Origin: the human T2T-CHM13v2.0 reference genome, Homo sapiens
Length of the DNA stretch: 64,000 nt
Strand: one strand, 5' to 3'
NCBI RefSeq assembly: GCF_009914755.1
Contig: NC_060926.1
Below are positions 52,860 to 64,000 of this stretch, in pieces. The position numbers were made by a program, and so were the translations under genes. The notes beneath the pieces are model-generated. The model saw only the letters and a list, made by a program, of their open reading frames with translations. It was not told the DNA's origin and did no database searches. Every line of letters starts with the position of its first letter. Within the stretch, counting starts at the first letter, position 1.

Positions 52860-53960
52860 GAGACCCCAGCACCCTACCCGTGAGGAGGGACTTCAGGACT
52901 GAGGCAGTAGTCCCAGGACTGATAAGTAAAGAGCGACCTTGGGCGCCCCCCCGCCGCTGTCATCAGCGCTGACGCCCTGGACCCACACAGCGGCGGGGTT
53001 TGGTTTGACGTGGCTCCCAAAGGCGAGGGCGGAGCTGGGGAAGGTGAGAGCACCCAGGCATCCGCACAGGCGTGACCCTCTGCCCACCAGGCACCCTGCC
53101 CACACAGCGCGCCGCAGGAAGCCCTCCGCATTGGTGTCCAAGCTCGAGCACCAGGTGGAGGAACCCGTGGCCATCGGGTGTGGGGTGTGCAGGGTGCGGA
53201 GAAGGCTAGGATTCCTCCCAATCCTCTGCTGCGCCCTCCCCCAGCCGCCTCCCCAGGTTGAGGGGAGGCCCCGGCCCAGGACTGGGCTCTTCCCGAGGTG
53301 GGGACTGGATGCCCGCGCTCCGGACTCCTGCCGGAGATGCCAACCCCCCAGCGCTGGGCACCTTGCCTTGACCCCTCAGCGCGTCTCACATGGCCCGGAT
53401 CTCGGTCCCTTGGGCACTCCCTCTTGCCCAACTCCGAATTGGAGTTCTTGTAGTTCTAGTTTCCACCCCGTCTTCCGACGTTTAAGACCCCGCTTCCAAG
53501 ACGCCCTCTGGCTTTCTCTTCCCATCCCGCACACTTCCCTAGCTTCTGAGCTGTGTGCACCCACCAACCCGCAGCCCTCCCTCAGGATCGCCCCTGCCCT
53601 TCCCCCAGGTTTCCTCCTGACGGTGGGGACTAATGGCGTCCCAGCCCCCCGGGCGGCTGCTCAGCAGCAGGAAGCAGAGAATCAGAGGCACCCCCGCTGG
53701 GCCCCGAGCCCCATGCGCGCGCAGGGGCCCCCGCATCTTGTTGGGCGCGCGCTGCCCCGCCTGCACCGCAGCGACCGCGGCCAGAGCCAGGCCAGGCGGC
53801 TCTGCGCGTCCCTCTCTCCGCAGCGCGGCCAGTCGGAGGCCGGCTGCAGCAAGGTCCCCAACCCCGGCTCTCCCGTGTCTTGGCGTCAGAGTCCTGCTTT
53901 TAAGAGTGGGGTGTTGCCTGAATATGGTCGACCCCTATCTAGAATCCCAACCCCCTACCC
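52860..53960. promoter_or_regulatory. CpG island at the paralogue 5' end, with decayed RE1 (52953-52973) and CRE half-site (53884-53888)
   Basis: Dense CpG/GC content similar to the PTPRN and RESP18 5' ends. Confidence 0.75.
53622..53736 (-). pseudogene. Paralogue exon 1: MRGPLRAHGARGPAGVPLILCFLLLSSRPGGWDAISPH, intact
   Basis: AAGATGCGG start context identical to PTPRN; 115 nt as in PTPRN; donor gtcaggaggaaac identical; LLLSSRPGG conserved. Confidence 0.92.
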
Positions 53961-53962
53961 GC

Positions 53963-53964
<2 letters not shown>

Positions 53965-54000
<36 letters not shown>

Positions 54001-54017
54001 ACACACACCCACACACC
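53965..54017. repeat. (CA)n microsatellite upstream of the paralogue promoter
   Basis: Visible CA run with cc interruptions. Confidence 0.9.
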
Positions 54018-55569
54018 ATATTGCCTCCCCCTCACTCCCACTTCTTATCACCAGGGATTAACGATGGGGGGGGGGGCTTGATAAAATCCAGAATTGCATA
54101 TTGGCAAATGGCACTGGGTGTCCTTCTTGAGAAGCAGTGTCCCTTACTTGTTAAAATAGTGTGCTGGGACCGGGTGCGGTGGCTCACGCCTGTAATTCCA
54201 GTACTTCGGGAGGCTGAGGTGGGAGTATAGATTGAACCCAGGAGTTTGAGACCAGCCTGGGCAACATAGTTAGACCCCGTCTCTAAAAAAAAATTTAAAA
54301 ATTAGCCGGGTGTGGTGGCAGGCACCTGTGGTCCCAGCTACTTGGGAGGCTGAGGTGGGAGGCTCATGTGAGTCCGGGAGGTCAAGGCTGCAGTGAATCG
54401 TGATCCTGTACTCCAGCCTGGGTGACAGAGCAAGACCCTGTCTCTCTCTTCCTACCCCTCTCCGGGCAAAAAAGACAGTGTGCTGGAGCCAAATCCAAAT
54501 ACCTGCAGGCAGTTTTTTGCTTCCTCTGTGCCCCAGTTCCCTCACCTGTAAAATGAGTTTGACAGTAGCGTCTAGCTTACAGTGTTCTTAGAAGGATTAA
54601 TAAGTTTAACACCTTTGAAGGATTTAGAAATATGATGGGACCAGCACATCATAAGCATACATCAGAAGCACTCAATTAACGTTGGCTGTTACTGTTCTTT
54701 TTGATGCTCCCTCTCTGTCAGTGGCACCTCCTATGCATTGTTCAGGTTTCTCCCTGCAAAAATTTTCTCTTACAGTTTACATTTTTCCCAGACCCAATGC
54801 CATTGCCCTTGTTCAAACCACCATCATCTTTCTTTTATTTTTATTTTTGTAAATGTTTAATAGAGACAAGATCTTATGTTGCCTAGGCTGGTTTCAAACT
54901 TCCAGGGTCAAGTGAACCTCCTGCCTCAGTCTTACAAAGTGCTGGGATTACAGGCGTGAGCCACCATGCCCAGCTGGCCATCGTCTTTCACCTGTTACAG
55001 AAATTGAATCTCATCTAGTTGCCTGGAGTAACTAATGACTTGGGGTGTGTTCTAGGAGTCTGGGATTGTGTCTGGTGTACTGTAGGTGCTCAGTCGTTCT
55101 TGTTGAATATTTGTTGTTCCACTCTTGCCTCCCTGTAATCTCTTAAGCACCAGGAGAAGCTTTCCAAAATATAAATTAAAGCATGTTATTCCCTTGCTTA
55201 ACACCATCCAATGGATCACCTCATTTACACTTTTGAATAAACGCTAAATTCCCGACCATGGCCTATGAGCCCCAACGTGATCTAGCCTTGCCTTCCTCTC
55301 CAGCCTCATTTCCTTCTCTCATCTTGCTCTCTCTGTTCCCAGCCTCCTTTCCATTCTTTGAACACCTGAGTCCTTCTCAAAGGCCATTTCTGCTTCTCCC
55401 CACCCTCCATTGTTATCTCTTTGTTCTAGTATAACCCTCCCCACCAAGTAGTTTCTGGTCCCTAGGAATAATTGTCACTTCATTACCTTCATGACTCTTA
55501 CCACTGTCCATGACTTCTTCGTTTTTTGTTGTTGTTGTTGTTGTTGTTTGTTTGTTTTGTTTGTTTTGA

Positions 55570-55767
<198 letters not shown>

Positions 55768-56599
55768 TGAACTCTTGACCTCAGGTGATCTACCTGCCTT
55801 GGCCTCCCAAAGTTCTAGGATTACAGATATGAGCCACCGCGGCCGATGGACTTCTTCCTTTGTTTACTTGTTTATTTGCGTCTCCCCACTGGAGTGTAAA
55901 TTTCAAGAGGACAGAAGACATGTCTGTTTGATTTGCTATCACATCCTCAGTGTCTGGCTCAGGACCTAGCTCAGCCTGGATGCTCCAAAATGAAACAGAT
56001 TTTGGGTCCTGAGGCCCAGATGAAACACCTCTGCCTCAGTGCTCTTATCTGTTAGATGGGCAGCTCATCAGGGTGACTGTGAAAATGAAATGAGATGATG
56101 GATATAAAGCAGCCTCGTGTTGCACAAATGCATTGTGAGTTGAATTCTAGTTCCTTTCAGCTTCAGCCTCTCTGGGTTTGTAGATTTCGGCTATGCCCCA
56201 AGGTTTCAAGGTGAAAGACCTTGAAACCCAGAAGGGCAGAGAGGCCTGGTCTGGTAGAGAATCAGGAGCAGAATCCAGGAGACCTGCCTTACAGCTCACC
56301 AGGGGGAAGGCGTGAGACAGCCCACCTGACCCCAGGGAACAAAGGCTGCCCACCTTGATAGGGAGAGGGTGGGCCACCATGCCTGTGCCTCTTCTTGGAT
56401 AGCCAGTGGGGATGGTGCTATCATTGCATTGAGGCCTGCAAGACTCAGGCCACCACCCTTTGTCGGGAAACAAGGTCTTCCCTCAAGGACAGGATCACCT
56501 CTGGTGGGAATCTCCTAGAGAAGAGGCAGCTCCTCAGGCCAGGCACGGTGGCTCACGCCTGTAAACCCAGCACTTTCGGAGGCCGAGGCGGGTAGATCA

Positions 56600-58405
<1,806 letters not shown>

Positions 58406-59064
58406 CAAGCTTAGGAATGTCACCTGCTGTGGGAGGAAAGCCTGGAGTCAGGAGTGGGGAGACTCAGGGAGGAGTCCCTATTATTCCTGGGGTAGCCCAT
58501 GAGTGGAAGGCTCTGGAGCCTGGAGAGCAGGCTCTCCCTTGCATTTAGGATATGTGGATCCATGGTCCTCTGCATCTGGCTTTCCTTTGTCAAGGCTTTC
58601 TGTTGTTGTTCATTTTTGTTTGAACATTTCAGTCTTTCCTAAGCTGTCAAATAAAGCAGCAGAGAAAGGGTGGTCTCTATTGCCTGGAAGTTGAGAGTTC
58701 AGTGTAGACTAGTGCCCCTTTGGGGCTGGCCTGGGGAAAACAAGGGGATTTCCCTGGAGAGCACGGCTGACCCTCCCTCTCATCTCTTCTCGCCTAGGGC
58801 CACTCTGGGAGCTTCTGGAGTTTATTGGGCAAGAAGGGAGGGCATTTCTTTACTTCTAATAATCCAGTCATCTTAGGAGCCACTCTTTTCCTCTTTCCAT
58901 TTAGAATATTTCTGACACCAACTTTTGTGTTTAGAAGCTTTTATGCTTTTTTTTTAAAAAAGTATTTTTACCTTTTGATTATGAAAGGTAATACATATGA
59001 ACAGAAGTAGACAGAATGTAAAGATACAGCTCAACAGATTTTCAGAGTGAATAGCCATTTATAC

Positions 59065-61422
<2,358 letters not shown>

Positions 61423-62451
61423 TGATCCGCCCGCCTCGGCCTCCCAAAGTGCTGGGATTACAGGCGGGAGCCACTGTGCCTAGCCAGCCGTGGGTTTTTC
61501 ATAGATGCCTTTATCAGGTTGAGCAAGCTCTTTTCTATTTCTGAATGTTGAATATTTTTATTATGAAAGGGTTTGGGATTGTACCAAATGCTTTTTCTGC
61601 ATCAATTGAGATCATGTGGGTTTTGCTCTTTATTCTATAATATAATGTATTACATTAATTAATTTTAATATGTTGAAGTAAACCTGCATTCTTGGGATGT
61701 CCACTTTATTATAGTACATTACCAGCCTGGCCAACATGGCGAAACCCCATCTCTACTAAAAATACAAAAATTAGCTGGGCGTGGTGGTAGGTGCCTGTAA
61801 TCACTGCTACTCAGGAGGCTGAGGCAGGAGAATTGCTTGAACCTAGGAGGCAGAGGTTGCTGTGAGCCAAGATTGCGCCACTGCACTCCAGCCTGGGCAA
61901 CGAGCGAAACTCCATCTCAAAAACAAACAAACAAACAAAAAACCAAATTGCCACCTTTGTCATAAACCAAGTATCAAATATTCATTTGTCTCTGTTCTAT
62001 TGGTGAGTTTTATTCTTGAACCAAGAATATACTATCTTAATTTCTGTAGTTTTTATAATAAGCTTTGACAACAAATAAGGCAGTTGTCTTCTTCGATTCT
62101 TTTTTAAAAAAAAATTTTAAGATACGGGGTCTCACTATGTTTGTCAGACCGATCTCTAACTCCTGGGATCAAGCAATCATTTCATCTCAGCCTCCCAAGT
62201 AGACAGGACTACAGGCACGCACCACTACACCCAGCTCAAATCTTGGCTATAAAAAAGTATCAGCTTGTCAACTCCCACACAAAAAGAAGAAAAGCAAGGA
62301 GGAGGAGAGAAACTGTCGGTATTTTTATTAGAATTGCACTGAATCTATGTATCAATTTGGAGGATAACATATTTTACAATATTGAGTTTCACATCATGAA
62401 TAAGAGATATCTTCCAAATCATTTGGACCTTCTTACATAAAATTTTCTCTA

Positions 62452-62849
<398 letters not shown>

Positions 62850-63016
62850 TTAAAAATTTCGTTTTTTACCCATTTTTTATTGGTATGTAGAAATAAAATT
62901 GATATTTGTATGTTGATTTTTCAGCCAGCTGTATTGATAAACTCTCTCATTACGGCCGGGTGCAGTGGCTTACACCTGTAATCCCAGCACTTTTGGAGGC
63001 CGAGGCAGGCCGATCA

Positions 63017-63262
<246 letters not shown>

Positions 63263-63449
63263 TCAAATAGTATAACTTTTGGATTTTCTACATAACAAAT
63301 AATATAAAAAGAAAGTTTTATTCCTCCCTTTCCACCTTTCTTTTATTCCTTTTCTTGTTTTAGTACATAGCTAAAGACCTAGAGTAAAATGCTGAATCGT
63401 AATAGAATAGCAGACATCCTTATCTAAAAATCTCAGAAGAATTCTAACT

Positions 63450-63912
63450 TAGTTTCAGTTTTCCCAGAAGCAGACCCGGAGACAAGGATCTGTGTACAGG
63501 AATTTACTGGGAGGTGAAGGAAAACATTGGTTGGGGAGTGGGAAAGGGAGACAAGGAAGGGAAGGTGGCCAATAGAGGCATGTGTTATCAGGCTTATCTC
63601 TGGAGCAGAATTCTGCTGGGGGGACTCTGGGAGCCAGTGTAAACTACATGCCTCAGAGTTCTCTCACCCCAGATGGGAGGGAGCTGTGGTATTCAGACAC
63701 AGAGTCTTGCCAGTTATTGTTTAGAGCTGCTGTGGGATGGAGCTTGAATTCCCCAGCACTTCCAACTGCCATGGGAGTGGAAAACTGTAGTCAAGCAGCA
63801 AAGAAAGCCCTCAGGCAAGAAGTGCAGATGCTGGCAGCTGAAAACGGTAGTGTGTACACTGAAATGGTAAAAGTGACGGATACAGGTAAGTTGCCAACAG
63901 TGTCTTCTACAA
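63450..63912. mobile_element. Old ERVL-MaLR-type LTR
   Basis: ccagaagcagacccggagacaaggat...tttactgggaggtga start typical of old MLT1/ERVL LTRs. Confidence 0.6.
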
Positions 63913-64000
63913 ACCCCTTCAACATTTTACTGCATTAACAAGTAACATTTGCAGTCCCCATAGGATAACGGCAGCTGCATAAGTCCAGCCTTTCTAGACA

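Noticed and set aside
52939-54081. 380-aa plus-strand ORF, the longest in the window
   Set aside because: Non-ATG start; antisense to paralogue exon 1 across a GC-rich, stop-poor CpG island; runs through a (CA)n repeat (THTHTH); no recognisable domain

Overview
Mammalian (human-type, Alu-rich) genomic DNA matching the PTPRN (IA-2)/RESP18 locus. All genes are on the minus strand. The window holds PTPRN coding exons 1-3 (4084-2196; the gene continues off the left edge) and the complete RESP18 gene (about 27603-22190). Reading the sequence directly shows two further members of the same tandem family. (i) A full-length, exon-for-exon RESP18/PTPRN-like paralogue at about 45430-53900. It keeps a CpG island, ATG, signal-peptide exon, canonical splice sites and ATTAAA; its lesions are limited to exons 2 and 3 and a mini-exon, and an exon 1-4-5-last splice gives an uninterrupted 131-aa ORF. 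(ii) An orphan 3'-end copy (last exon plus flanks) at about 29340-30830, cut off by an old L1. In RESP18 the codon homologous to the family start codon reads ATA, and its exon-2 homologue is dead. Near-consensus REST/RE1 sites lie in the intron after the signal-peptide exon of PTPRN and RESP18, and the paralogue's copy has decayed. The rest is Alu, L1, L2/MIR, MaLR, MER DNA-transposon fossils, a solo LTR12-family LTR and a solo MER9 LTR. Repeat subfamily calls are from recall of consensus ends, not from a search.
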